Shown here in pieces: positions 37,619 through 46,721 of a DNA stretch of 64,000 nt. A model generated the notes under the pieces. The model saw nothing but the letters and a program-made list of their open reading frames with translations. It was not told the DNA's origin and did no database searches. The DNA is from a virus. Taxonomy: Duplodnaviria > Caudoviricetes. A program made the translations under genes and the position numbers. Location of the stretch: IMG/VR virus record IMGVR_UViG_3300042973_000027, positions 686 through 64,685 of that record; one strand, given 5' to 3'. Position 1 is the stretch's first letter, and each line of letters starts with the position of its first letter.

Positions 37619-37837
37619 TCATGCCACCTTCCCCTTGAGGTCCGCTATGTCGTTCCTCGCGACGGCCATGTCCCGCTCGAGCCGGTAGGTTCGCTCCAGG
37701 ACCTGGTTGTGCTTCTCGACCTTCTCCGTGAGGGCGTCCAGCTTGACCTCCATGACGGCTCTCGATTTCGAGTTGGAGAGGATGACGCCCACGAGGGTGA
37801 CCACCCCCGTGATGATCGCGACGACGATCGACTCCAT
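37619..37837 (-). CDS. Holin-associated TM/coiled-coil protein, 72 aa
   Basis: N-terminal TM + heptad region; AGGAGG RBS. Confidence 0.75.
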   Translation of the reverse strand: MESIVVAIITGVVTLVGVILSNSKSRAVMEVKLDALTEKVEKHNQVLERTYRLERDMAVARNDIADLKGKVA

Positions 37838-37840
37838 AAA

Positions 37841-37899
37841 GAAATGCCTCCTGAGCTCGTTGGTACGTCCTCAGGAGGCAGTTTCTACGGGTGTCACAA
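37841..37899 (-). promoter_or_regulatory. Late promoter motif + RBS-occluding hairpin of the lysis cassette
   Basis: TTGTGAC-N7-GAAACT 37899-37880; 11-bp stem 37845-37855/37870-37880 contains AGGAGG. Confidence 0.7.
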
Positions 37900-37912
37900 A
37901 GTGGCTATGTGG

Positions 37913-38593
37913 CTACTCAGCTATTGGGATGTCCTTGTATTTCTCAAAGAATGGATCGTCGTCTTCAGGATTTGACTCTGGGACGTAGACCCCAACCAGC
38001 CCTCGCTCTTCGAGGTAATCCAGCATTGCCTCAATTACGTCTTGCTCATCCTTCCACTCCAGTGCTTCAAATTCTTCGAGGCTTTCGGTACGTCTGGCAT
38101 GTTCAGGGAACCACTTGAGGAGTAAGCGTGTCGTAAGGAGGTCGAGATCGTTCTCAAGCTTTCGTCTTTGGTCCCAATTGAGCTCCTTGTAAACACCCTC
38201 GGTAACGTTATGAATGAGAAGTGTTTCCAGCAGGTGTTTATATGAGCCGATTCTGTGTTGCTCGACCAACCGATATGGAAATGATTTTGGGTCCAAGAAA
38301 TGCTCTAACCAGTATTCCCGCACCCCTTCTTCTCTCATGATATCCAGGTTCAAAGTCCATGCGAAGCGGCCTGCAAGGTAATCGGGGTGGACATCGAGCT
38401 TCTTTGCGATTTTGCCCAGCAGCTCAGGCCGCATCGATTTGGTCTTTAGGGCGCGGCGGATCGTTCTCTCGGTCTTGCCGATATCCTTGTCAGCCCCAAG
38501 CTTGCGAATGCTTGATCCTTGCTTGTGCACAACCCACTTGAACCACTCGGGCTCTATTTTCTCGTTGAATGCGGGCGAATGCTTGCCGTCCAT
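37913..38593 (-). CDS. Moron: N-terminal XRE-like HTH protein, ~226 aa
   Basis: SIRKLGAD..TERTIRRAL..LLGKIAKKLDVHPDYLAG; low GC. Confidence 0.7.
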   Translation of the reverse strand: MDGKHSPAFNEKIEPEWFKWVVHKQGSSIRKLGADKDIGKTERTIRRALKTKSMRPELLGKIAKKLDVHPDYLAGRFAWTLNLDIMREEGVREYWLEHFLDPKSFPYRLVEQHRIGSYKHLLETLLIHNVTEGVYKELNWDQRRKLENDLDLLTTRLLLKWFPEHARRTESLEEFEALEWKDEQDVIEAMLDYLEERGLVGVYVPESNPEDDDPFFEKYKDIPIAE

Positions 38594-38763
38594 TCGAAGG
38601 CCTTTCAAATGCGGACATTTTGCTATGAGTATGACACTACCTAAAACACAACAGTCCACTATATCATGTAAATCGTGGCCACTAGTCGCGGACATTTACA
38701 GCGCGAACCTGCATTTTTCAAAATCAAGCCCGGCCTCGGTTAGGCCGAGAAAGAAGGTCGAAG

Positions 38764-39108
38764 ATGGAAACCAAGACTCTAGTCAGCTTCGCTGATGATG
38801 ACAAGGACGGAGATGATCTTGTCCAGATGGCACGGCAAGGAATAAATAAGGCGATTGAAGCCAATGAGACGGTCGCCAAGCACCAGATGGAGGTCCTCAG
38901 CATGCAGGCCCATGAAACCCAGGCTTTGCTTCAGGACGGTAATCTCAGCGAAGAGCAATTCGAGCGGGTGATGAGGGAGTCTGAACGGCTCAGACAGTCG
39001 ATGGCAGAGGCGTCGACGCGTCTCTACGTCTCGAATTTCGAGCTTGTGCTAGGTGCATGCGCCATTCTCGTGTTCGGAGGAGCGCTTTTCAAGTTGCGTG
39101 TGGCGTAA
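38764..39108 (+). CDS. Moron: coiled-coil protein with C-terminal TM, 114 aa
   Basis: Divergent from the HTH gene; hydrophobic C-terminus. Confidence 0.7.
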   Translation: METKTLVSFADDDKDGDDLVQMARQGINKAIEANETVAKHQMEVLSMQAHETQALLQDGNLSEEQFERVMRESERLRQSMAEASTRLYVSNFELVLGACAILVFGGALFKLRVA

Positions 39109-39131
39109 GCGAACGAGTAGGCGAAACGGAA

Positions 39132-39161
39132 ACGGGGGACGTTGTGTGTATCGTCCCCCGT
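39132..39161. terminator. Hairpin terminator after the fibre gene
   Basis: ACGGGGGACG/CGTCCCCCGT 10-bp stem, T-rich on the minus strand. Confidence 0.7.
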
Positions 39162-39173
39162 AAGTTGATTTAG

Positions 39174-40562
39174 CTATGCCGTCGTCAGGTACCCCGGCGT
39201 GCCCGCAGCGTCGATGCGGAAGTACGCGCACCCTGTCTTCGAGCTCTCCCACGCCGTCCCGTTGCCGCCGACCAGGCTGCCGCAGTTGTAGAAGCACTGC
39301 GGCCCCGTGAGCCCGCTGCCCGGCAGCGCCCAGCCCGCATCCGCCCAGATCGTCACGAGCGACGAGCACCCCGAGAAGCAGTAGGTCACGTCGGTCAGCG
39401 CAGACGGGTCGAAGCCCCGGAGGTCCAGCTCCGTCACCGCAGCGGAGGCGAACGTGAACCGCATGCAGCGGACGTTCGCGAGGTTGCCGAGGCCCGTCAC
39501 GGCGGCCAGGTTCGTGCAGCCGTAGAACAGGTAGTTCAGGTTCAGGTGGGCGAGCGTGGACATGTCGGCCGCGAAGGTCGCGTGCGTCAGGTGCTCGCGG
39601 TGCGTGGCGCCCGTCGTTCCGTCCCAGGGCGTGAAGCCCAGCCCCTGGTACCTGCCGATGGCGCAGACCCGGTTCGTGGCGATGAGCGCCTTGTTGGCGT
39701 CCGCCGCCGGGCTCGCCGAGAGCACGCCGGTGCCGTCGGTGTAGTAGAAGGCGTGGAACCAGGTGCGCGCGTCGTTGCCCGGGTCGGTCAGCACGCCGCC
39801 CGCGCCAACCTTGAGAACGGCCTTGCCGCTCGTTGCCGTGGGCACGAAGCCGTCGGTGCCGCCCACGAGCCTGTTGCACCCGTAGAGCACGGAGGCGTGG
39901 CTGGTGATGGTCGAGTAGTCGAAGCTGGTGGCGTAGATCGTCTCCAGGCTGCTGCAACCGCTGAACATCTGCCTTACGTCGGTCGCGCCGGCGCAGTGCT
40001 GGAAGCCCGAGACCTCAGTGCAGTTGGAGAAGGACATGCAGAGGTGGGCCAGGTTGGTCATGCCGGCCTCGGCGAAGGTGGGGTCGAAGACCACGCGCGC
40101 CACCTCCAGCTTGACCGGGTCCCACGGCCTGTCGGTGGCGGAGGAGTAGCCCTCGGCCGCAACCTCGAAGCGCCTCGCCACCGTCCCCAGGGGGCACGCC
40201 CCGCCGTCGCGGTAGGAGAACTCCAGGGTGCCGTCAGCCAGCAGCAGCGCCCGGACCTTGAGCCCCGTGTCCCATGACAGGGCCAGTATCGCCGCAGCCA
40301 TGTCGCCGGGCCGGTATGCGGTCGCCTCGCCGTTCTGCCCGCGAATGGCCTCGGCGATGCCGGAGAACACCGACTCGGGCAGCACGCCGCTCTCAAGGGC
40401 CTTGTAGGGCTGAGCGACGTACCCGCCGGCGTTGCTGCCGTCCAAGGCGGCGACCGCAGCCGCCATCTCCCTCGGCCTGTAGGTGGTCGCTACGCCGGCC
40501 TGGTGGCGGATCGCGTTGGCGATGTCCGTGAGGATCCTCGTCGATACCATGCCCACCGCCAT
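39174..40562 (-). CDS. BspA/DUF285-type LRR protein, putative receptor-binding protein
   Basis: MFSGCSSLETI, LFYGCTNLAAV, LDLRGFD, CFSGCSSLVTI repeats. Confidence 0.82.
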   Translation of the reverse strand: MAVGMVSTRILTDIANAIRHQAGVATTYRPREMAAAVAALDGSNAGGYVAQPYKALESGVLPESVFSGIAEAIRGQNGEATAYRPGDMAAAILALSWDTGLKVRALLLADGTLEFSYRDGGACPLGTVARRFEVAAEGYSSATDRPWDPVKLEVARVVFDPTFAEAGMTNLAHLCMSFSNCTEVSGFQHCAGATDVRQMFSGCSSLETIYATSFDYSTITSHASVLYGCNRLVGGTDGFVPTATSGKAVLKVGAGGVLTDPGNDARTWFHAFYYTDGTGVLSASPAADANKALIATNRVCAIGRYQGLGFTPWDGTTGATHREHLTHATFAADMSTLAHLNLNYLFYGCTNLAAVTGLGNLANVRCMRFTFASAAVTELDLRGFDPSALTDVTYCFSGCSSLVTIWADAGWALPGSGLTGPQCFYNCGSLVGGNGTAWESSKTGCAYFRIDAAGTPGYLTTA

Positions 40563-41734
40563 CAGAACTGCTCCCCCTCCAGGCTGCTCAGGCCGTCCAT
40601 CGCCGTCTCGATCTGCTGCGTCACCCAGCTTTGCGTCGCGTAGCCGGTCAGGTCGGGCGTCGTGCCGGCCGGCCCCTGTGGGCCCCGGGCGCCCGTCGCT
40701 CCCGTTTCGCCCCTCTCGCCCTGGACGCCCCGCTCGCCCTGCGGACCTGTCGGCCCCTGGACCCCCTGCGGGCCGATCAAGTCAGCCGAGCTTGTGCCCG
40801 AGGCGGAGGTCACGGACAGAACCGTGCCGTTCCAGGCATGCGTGCAGCTCACGCCGTCGCTTCCAGCGGGTCCGGTCGTACCCTGGGGCCCTGTGGCACC
40901 CTTCGGTCCGGTCTCGCCCTGTACGCCCTGCGGTCCCCGTTCGCCCGCGTCACCCTTAGCTCCCTGCGGCCCCTGTGGGCCGGTCTCACCTTGGATTCCT
41001 TGAGGCCCGGTGTCTCCCGTGACGCCCTTCGGACCTTGCGGACCGGTCTCCCCGGTGTCGCCCTTGATGCCCTTGGACACATTGGCCGTGGTGGTGCCGT
41101 TTCTGTCGGTGATGGCTATGAGGGCCCCGCCCTCGGCGGTCTGCGTGACGGTCGCGGTCGGGCTGAGCCCGTCCTTGCCGTCCCGTCCGTCGGCCCCGTC
41201 GAAGTCGCCGTTCTGGGCGGCGGCCCTCAGGTCGCTCACGGCCTGGTCCGCGTTGTCCGCAGCCGTGTTGGCGCGCGTTGCCGCCTCGGTAGATATCTCC
41301 GTCGCGTTCTCGTAGGCCTGGATGGCACCCACGAACAGCGTGAAGCCGTCCTCGTGCTCCTCGCCGCCGATCAGCACCGGCTCCACGCGGATGATGAAGG
41401 CCCGCGTGCTGATGGATTTGCCGTCGTAGCTCACCATGCACTGCGCCTCCACGGCGCCCTCGGCCTCCTGCATGGCCGCCGGGTAGTAGACCAGGTACTG
41501 GCCGATGGAGGCGTCGAGGGGAGCGAAGGGCTCGCAGCCCCGCTCGCCGGTCGCCTTGTGCCGCCACAGGAAGTAGACGTTGGCTCCGGTCAGGTCCGCG
41601 CTGCGCCCGTCCTGACGCACGTGCAGCTCCAGGCCGCGCCCCTGCGCGTCTGCGGGGGAGGCCACCAGGAAGTCGCCCGACCGCTCGTCCGCCGAGTCCC
41701 ATACCAGCGTGTGAATGCCGTAACCGTCGAGCAT
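40562..41734 (-). CDS. BppU-like N-terminal domain + collagen-like fibre
   Basis: [18 protein letters not shown]; long Gly-X-Y runs. Confidence 0.85.
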   Translation of the reverse strand: MLDGYGIHTLVWDSADERSGDFLVASPADAQGRGLELHVRQDGRSADLTGANVYFLWRHKATGERGCEPFAPLDASIGQYLVYYPAAMQEAEGAVEAQCMVSYDGKSISTRAFIIRVEPVLIGGEEHEDGFTLFVGAIQAYENATEISTEAATRANTAADNADQAVSDLRAAAQNGDFDGADGRDGKDGLSPTATVTQTAEGGALIAITDRNGTTTANVSKGIKGDTGETGPQGPKGVTGDTGPQGIQGETGPQGPQGAKGDAGERGPQGVQGETGPKGATGPQGTTGPAGSDGVSCTHAWNGTVLSVTSASGTSSADLIGPQGVQGPTGPQGERGVQGERGETGATGARGPQGPAGTTPDLTGYATQSWVTQQIETAMDGLSSLEGEQF

Positions 41735-41770
41735 GCCAGCCCTTTCAAGCGGAGGAGAACGTCAAGGCAG

Positions 41771-41789
41771 ATACTACCGGCGCGTCACA
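41771..41789 (-). promoter_or_regulatory. Late promoter motif upstream of the fibre gene
   Basis: TGTGAC-GCGCCGG-TAGTAT. Confidence 0.6.
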
Positions 41790-41796
41790 GGCGCGA

Positions 41797-43017
41797 TCAG
41801 AAGTCCAGCTCCCCGAGCTCGTCCAGGTCGTCGATCGCGGTCGTCACCGTGTTCCCAACCACCGTAACCGAGGCCGCCGTGCTCAGGTTGCCGTCGATGC
41901 CGGCCACGTCGTCCTGCAGCGTGGCCACGTCGGCAGCCACGGTGCTCAGGGAGGCGTAGTCGGCCGGCTGCACCGTCCCGATGGTCACCCGGCAGAGCAC
42001 GACCTCGCCGTACGTCCGCATCCGCCGCACGACGCGTGCCCTCAGGCGCCACTCGGGCTCGCGCGACGCGTCCACCACGGCAACCTCGTCGCCCAGCCCC
42101 AGGTCGCTCACGCCCAGGTCAGCCACGTCGATCTCGTAGCTCACCTTGGGCTGCACCGCGTCGCGCAAAGCCCGTCTGGTCAGTGCCAGCAGCAGCGCCG
42201 GGTCCGTGCAGTCGGAGAAGGTCACCTGCCCGAAGCTGTGCACCTTTGCCGTCCTGGCCGCGTTCCAGCGGCCCCAGACCTCCCGCGCGTCCTCGTCGCC
42301 CACCCAGTTCACGCCGTCGTTCACGTCGCCGAAGGTCAGCTTGCGCCGGTAGCCTGGCAGGTAGTTGCCGTTCTCGTCGGTGTAGGGCATGCCCGCCCCG
42401 TAGCCGTAGAGCGCCGTGTGGACCTCGTCCTCCAGCACCGTGCGCGTGCAGGCCGCCATGTTGCGCCCGTAGGCGAAGCGCAGCCCCCGCCACGACCCAA
42501 GCCGCTCGGCCAGGTTCACCCGCCGCGCCGAAACGCGCCCGCCGGACACGACGATAGTTGTCGACACCTCGCCGCCGAACACGTCGGCGACGCGCCGCAG
42601 GGCTGCCAGCGCGTTCATGTGGTAGAGGAGGCACGACCCGGTCCCCAGGCTCGCCACGCTGCCGGCCTCCCAGCGCGTCACGGCCAGCACCGACGCAAGC
42701 GCCTGCGCGGCCGTCCTGCCGGCGATCCGCGCCTCCTCGAGGTAGTCGTCCAGCATCTCGCAGAGCGACGACTCCGCATAGACCGAGCAGAGGCCCCCGA
42801 TCGGCTCGTCGGTGCGCACCACCACGTGCTCGCGCCACACCCCGCCGTCAAGCCACAGCAGCCGGTCGCCCTTGTCGGGCACCTCCGCGCTCCTGAACTC
42901 GATGGTGTCCTCGCCGTTCAGCTCCTCGGTGTGCACGAGCTCGCCGGCCACGGTCAGGATCCCGACCCGCTCGTCCCACCGGTCGAACCACCACAGCGCC
43001 GGCATGCGGCCCGCCAT
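41797..43017 (-). CDS. Tail-associated Tal/spike protein
   Basis: HTEELNGEDTIEF, GLRFAYGRN, TALYGYG, PKVSYEID, LGDEV; follows Dit. Confidence 0.82.
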   Translation of the reverse strand: MAGRMPALWWFDRWDERVGILTVAGELVHTEELNGEDTIEFRSAEVPDKGDRLLWLDGGVWREHVVVRTDEPIGGLCSVYAESSLCEMLDDYLEEARIAGRTAAQALASVLAVTRWEAGSVASLGTGSCLLYHMNALAALRRVADVFGGEVSTTIVVSGGRVSARRVNLAERLGSWRGLRFAYGRNMAACTRTVLEDEVHTALYGYGAGMPYTDENGNYLPGYRRKLTFGDVNDGVNWVGDEDAREVWGRWNAARTAKVHSFGQVTFSDCTDPALLLALTRRALRDAVQPKVSYEIDVADLGVSDLGLGDEVAVVDASREPEWRLRARVVRRMRTYGEVVLCRVTIGTVQPADYASLSTVAADVATLQDDVAGIDGNLSTAASVTVVGNTVTTAIDDLDELGELDF

Positions 43018-43736
43018 CACAGCCACCTCTCGGTGAATCGCGTCTCGGCGTGGCTGCAGCCCGCGAAGGTGAGCGCCGTCGCCCCGGGGTGCAGGGAGAA
43101 GAAGTCGGAGCCCAGCACCACCACGTCGCGCGCGTCGGCCCCGCCGATCTCCACCGTCTGGCCCTCGCAGCCGATGACCACGGCCTCGCCGCCGTTGAAA
43201 TCGTGGTCGAGCGCAACGACCTCACCGGTCACGTTGCTCGCGACGGAGAGCCCGCCGCCAGCCTCGGCGACCAGCCGGAACTCCGGCGCCGTGCGGAACG
43301 TGCCGCCCACTACGAACTCGCCCGTGCGCTCGACGCGGTCGAGCCCGTAGGCCACGGGGTCGAACAGGGTGAAGGTCAGGTCGCAGGACCCGTCCTCGAA
43401 CAGGTTCGACCAGTTGCCGGCCGACACCAGCAAGGCGTCTCGGTAGGTCAGCTCGGGCTCGTCGGGCAGCACCAGCTCGCCGCCGTGCGGCTGCATGAGC
43501 CACGAGCGCAGGCGGTGCCGCGCCTCGGCCAGCCCCATGGGGCCGGGGTCGAATCCCGGGTCCAGGAACAGCCGCACGGACACGTCCTCGGGCGGCACCC
43601 ACACCGACGATATGACGGAGCCGGGTCGCCCGGCAACCTGCATGGCCTCAACGGCCAGCTCGTTCAGCGACCGCCCGGTCACCTGGGCGGAGCAGATCTC
43701 GGAGAAGTCGTTCCCCGCGTATGCGATCGACCTCAT
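43017..43736 (-). CDS. Distal tail protein (Dit)
   Basis: GELVLPDEPELTY, LTFTLFDPVAYG, SDFFSLHPG, FTERWL. Confidence 0.85.
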   Translation of the reverse strand: MRSIAYAGNDFSEICSAQVTGRSLNELAVEAMQVAGRPGSVISSVWVPPEDVSVRLFLDPGFDPGPMGLAEARHRLRSWLMQPHGGELVLPDEPELTYRDALLVSAGNWSNLFEDGSCDLTFTLFDPVAYGLDRVERTGEFVVGGTFRTAPEFRLVAEAGGGLSVASNVTGEVVALDHDFNGGEAVVIGCEGQTVEIGGADARDVVVLGSDFFSLHPGATALTFAGCSHAETRFTERWL

Positions 43737-43900
43737 GCCCGCCCCCTTGCGCGCCCGTAGGCCGTCGCCCTGCGCTGCGACTCGCGGGCCGTGGCGTCGT
43801 CCCTGCCCTTGGCGCCCCCGTACCGGGGAACCGACCGCCTCTTGGGCAGCTCGTGTCCGCGATCGTCGGTGCCGTACTTACGCTTCATGCCGCCCATCAT
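43733..43900 (-). CDS. 55-aa basic protein in the position of the tail tube/tape-measure block
   Basis: TGATG-coupled to upstream gene and ATGA-coupled to dit. Confidence 0.65.
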   Translation of the reverse strand: MMGGMKRKYGTDDRGHELPKRRSVPRYGGAKGRDDATARESQRRATAYGRARGRA

Positions 43901-44289
43901 CAGGCCCCCTCCCTCACGACCGTCAGCGTCACGTTGAACTCCCACACGAAGCGACCGCTGCCGTCGCGCTCCCTGAACGCCGGCGCCGTGGTGTCCAGCC
44001 CGCACACGCGCCAGGAACCGTTCTCGGCGTGCCGCTCCCAGCCGCCGGAGCGCACCAGCCTCTCGCAGGCGATGGCGTCCGCCTCGGCGTCGACCGCGAC
44101 CTCGCGCACGACCAGCACGGCCACCGTCACGTGCCCGCGCTCCTCGTCCTCCATGCGGGCCTCCCGCTCGAACCTGCCCTGGCGGAGCACGATGGGCTCG
44201 GGGCACTCGGCCGCCGACGGAACGCTTGCGAAGTAACTTGCGAAGTCGCCCTCTAGCAGCATGTTCGCGACGAGAAAACTCAGCTGCAT
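43900..44289 (-). CDS. Tail terminator-like 'minor capsid' protein
   Basis: C-terminal RDGSGRFVWEFNV; position. Confidence 0.62.
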   Translation of the reverse strand: MQLSFLVANMLLEGDFASYFASVPSAAECPEPIVLRQGRFEREARMEDEERGHVTVAVLVVREVAVDAEADAIACERLVRSGGWERHAENGSWRVCGLDTTAPAFRERDGSGRFVWEFNVTLTVVREGA

Positions 44290-44292
44290 CGT

Positions 44293-44619
44293 CTACCTCA
44301 CCCTCAGCTCCCAGTGGTGGACGCGCCCGAAGAGGTCGGCGCACGCGCGGCACTCGGTGACGAAGAGTGAGTGCCCGCTCACCGCGACGCGCGAACCCGC
44401 CGGCACCTCGAAGGCGCCGACGGAGTTCACGGCGTCGACGAAGACGGTGCCCCGGCCCGCGTCGGCGCTGCGGTGCTCGTCTTCGCTCACCTTCTGCGTG
44501 CGCTCGAAGCGCACGTTGGCGATGATCTGCGGCTCCCCGAAGGTCCCGTCGGCAAGCGCCATCCGCACCGTCATCACGTCGGGCAGGGCGGAGCGCGGTA
44601 TCGGCCTCATCGACCTCAT
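44293..44619 (-). CDS. Head-closure (stopper)-like protein, 108 aa
   Basis: ANVRFE..., HHWEL C-terminus; ATGA-coupled; position. Confidence 0.62.
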   Translation of the reverse strand: MRSMRPIPRSALPDVMTVRMALADGTFGEPQIIANVRFERTQKVSEDEHRSADAGRGTVFVDAVNSVGAFEVPAGSRVAVSGHSLFVTECRACADLFGRVHHWELRVR

Positions 44620-44954
44620 CGGCGCACCCCGCCGAACGCCCAGCCCGTGCCCGCGAGCTCCCTCAAGGCGGCCGCCGTGGCCAGCTCCTCGCCGGTCGTG
44701 CCCTTGTTCTCGTAGTTCTTCACGCTGAACTCGCCGACGGAGAAGCCTCCCACCTCGCCCGCGCCGTACTCGGCGAAGGCGTCGGTCGCGGCGCACACGG
44801 CCCGCTTGAACGCGGTGCTCGTCTCGTCGGCGCCGCCATCCAGGCAGAGCCAGCGCACGTGCGCCTCCGCCATGGGCTCGTTCGCGCCGAAGGCGGCCTC
44901 GGCAAGGCCGCCCCCGTACGTCCCGGAATAGAATGTGTACTCTACGGCAGCCAT
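44616..44954 (-). CDS. Head-tail connector protein
   Basis: VEYTFYSGTYGG, KRAVCA, SVGEFSV; follows capsid. Confidence 0.7.
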   Translation of the reverse strand: MAAVEYTFYSGTYGGGLAEAAFGANEPMAEAHVRWLCLDGGADETSTAFKRAVCAATDAFAEYGAGEVGGFSVGEFSVKNYENKGTTGEELATAAALRELAGTGWAFGGVRR

Positions 44955-44956
44955 GA

Positions 44957-45835
44957 CTACGCCGTCGCAGAGCTCACGTACACGCCGTCGAGCTTGTTGT
45001 CCAGCAGCTCCACGATCCCGTACTTGCGGTACTTGAGCATGTAGCTGTCCAGGCTCTCCAGCTCGTCCGGGCGGAAGACGCGGGACGCCACGTGCTTGTC
45101 GAACTTGACCACGGCGCCCTTCTCCACGACCATGAGGTTGATGGCCTTGCCCGTGGAGGCCTTGGCGTAGCCGAACTCGGCGTCGCCGCTCCTCAGGTCT
45201 ATCTTCGTGTAGAAGCGCGCCTGGGGCACCTCCACGACGCGGGCGAAGCGCTCGAGCACGCGGTTGGAGCGCGTCGGGTTCGCGTAGGAGTAGTCGTCGA
45301 GCACGCCCTTCAAGGTCGGCGTGATGAAGAGGTAGCGCGAGCCGGTGGACACCTGCCTCTCGTCCATGGCGGACGTCACGGAGCGCAGAAGCGCAAGCAC
45401 GTCGTCGGCGCCGGCGGCGGAGAGGTCCGCCTCCACGGGCGTCACGCCGGCGTGGGAGGCGATGGTGGCGAAGGTGAAGGCGTCTCCCTCGGGGGCCACC
45501 TGGGTGCGCTGCAGCTCGGCGCCGGCCTCCACGAAGCAGTCGTTCACGCCGGCCTCCTCGACGTCCATCACGTCGGCGAACAGGCGGATGCCCCGGTCGT
45601 AGTTGAAGGTCTTGGTCTCGAACCCGTAGGTGATGGCGCCGGTCCTGTAGCCCACGTTTCGGGTGTAGTCCCCGAGTCCGGTGACCGAGATCTTCGGGAC
45701 CATGACCTCCCTTGCGTTGTGCCCCGCGCGCACCATGCGGCGGCCGGAGTTGAGCACGCTGGAGACGCTGGCCCTCTGGTACACCTCGTCGAGTATGCCG
45801 ACGTAGTTCTTCGCGAACGCGATATTGTTAGGCAT
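44957..45835 (-). CDS. Major capsid protein
   Basis: 292 aa after scaffold; LDEVY, GLGDYTR, YDRG..F..D..D, APEGDA pattern. Confidence 0.8.
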   Translation of the reverse strand: MPNNIAFAKNYVGILDEVYQRASVSSVLNSGRRMVRAGHNAREVMVPKISVTGLGDYTRNVGYRTGAITYGFETKTFNYDRGIRLFADVMDVEEAGVNDCFVEAGAELQRTQVAPEGDAFTFATIASHAGVTPVEADLSAAGADDVLALLRSVTSAMDERQVSTGSRYLFITPTLKGVLDDYSYANPTRSNRVLERFARVVEVPQARFYTKIDLRSGDAEFGYAKASTGKAINLMVVEKGAVVKFDKHVASRVFRPDELESLDSYMLKYRKYGIVELLDNKLDGVYVSSATA

Positions 45836-45868
45836 AATGCAGCCTCACTTCCCACCGGTTCACCCGGC

Positions 45869-46399
45869 CTATTCCTTGTCCTTGTCGTCGAGCCCCGCGA
45901 TGTCGCGCCAGTGCCTGAGGGTCTTGCCCTCGTCGGTCGCGGTCCCCGCGTTGGGAAGGCCGGTCTTGCCGGAGGGCTGTGCGTTGTCGCCGGCCATGTG
46001 CTTCGCGAACAGCCAAGGCTCGGCCTCTTTGAGCTTGGCGACGTCGCCGTCGTAGTCGTCCAGCACGGCGCGGGCGGCCTTCACGTTGCGGCACTCCGCC
46101 AGCTGCAGGGAGAAGTCGACGCGCTCGTCTGCGGAGGCCCTCTTGAGGTCGGCGATCTCCGCGCTCAGCTTCTCGGCCTGCTCGGCGCTCTTGGAGGCCT
46201 CGGCTATCTGCGTCTCCAGGGAGGCGATCTTCTCGTCGCGCTCGGCGATCTGCCTCTCGTAGTCGGGGGCGGGTGCGTTCCCGGCCTCGTTGCCCCCGTC
46301 TACCTGCATCGATGCTGCCTGTTGGCTCTGCGCTTGCTGCTGGACTTCCTCCTGCGCACCCTGCGTGCTTTCCTGGCTGCCATTTGCCTCACCGTCCAT
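45869..46399 (-). CDS. Capsid scaffolding protein
   Basis: Acidic coiled coil; LKEAEPWLF; position. Confidence 0.75.
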   Translation of the reverse strand: MDGEANGSQESTQGAQEEVQQQAQSQQAASMQVDGGNEAGNAPAPDYERQIAERDEKIASLETQIAEASKSAEQAEKLSAEIADLKRASADERVDFSLQLAECRNVKAARAVLDDYDGDVAKLKEAEPWLFAKHMAGDNAQPSGKTGLPNAGTATDEGKTLRHWRDIAGLDDKDKE

Positions 46400-46460
46400 A
46401 CGTACCGCCTTTCGTTGACTTGGGCGGCCACATGCGAAGGCAGCCCCCTAACCTGCGATG

Positions 46461-46480
46461 AGGTTAGAGGACCGTCACAA
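46461..46480 (-). promoter_or_regulatory. Late promoter motif upstream of scaffold
   Basis: TTGTGAC-GGTCCTC-TAACCT. Confidence 0.65.
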
Positions 46481-46721
46481 GGTGGAGTTTGTTTGGGTAA
46501 CTGCAGATCAAGTATGAGGGCAAGCTGCGTGTGTGACTCAAAGCCATAGTGATGCCCTTTTACCTGATAATCATTGCTTTTGGTGGATTACGTTTGCTTT
46601 GCTGTGTCGTAAGGATAGATTGAAACTTCATGTGTGCTTGTTCTCTCTCGCTCCTGGACGGTGTTTGCTTATCCTAGTACCCTGGGTGCAAGCAGATTCG
46701 GTTTAGGAAGGGAGAGCGAGG

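Noticed and set aside
39174-41734. Diversity-generating retroelement targeting the fibre genes
   Set aside because: No reverse transcriptase and no adenine-variable TR/VR pair seen; repeats are LRR and collagen codons
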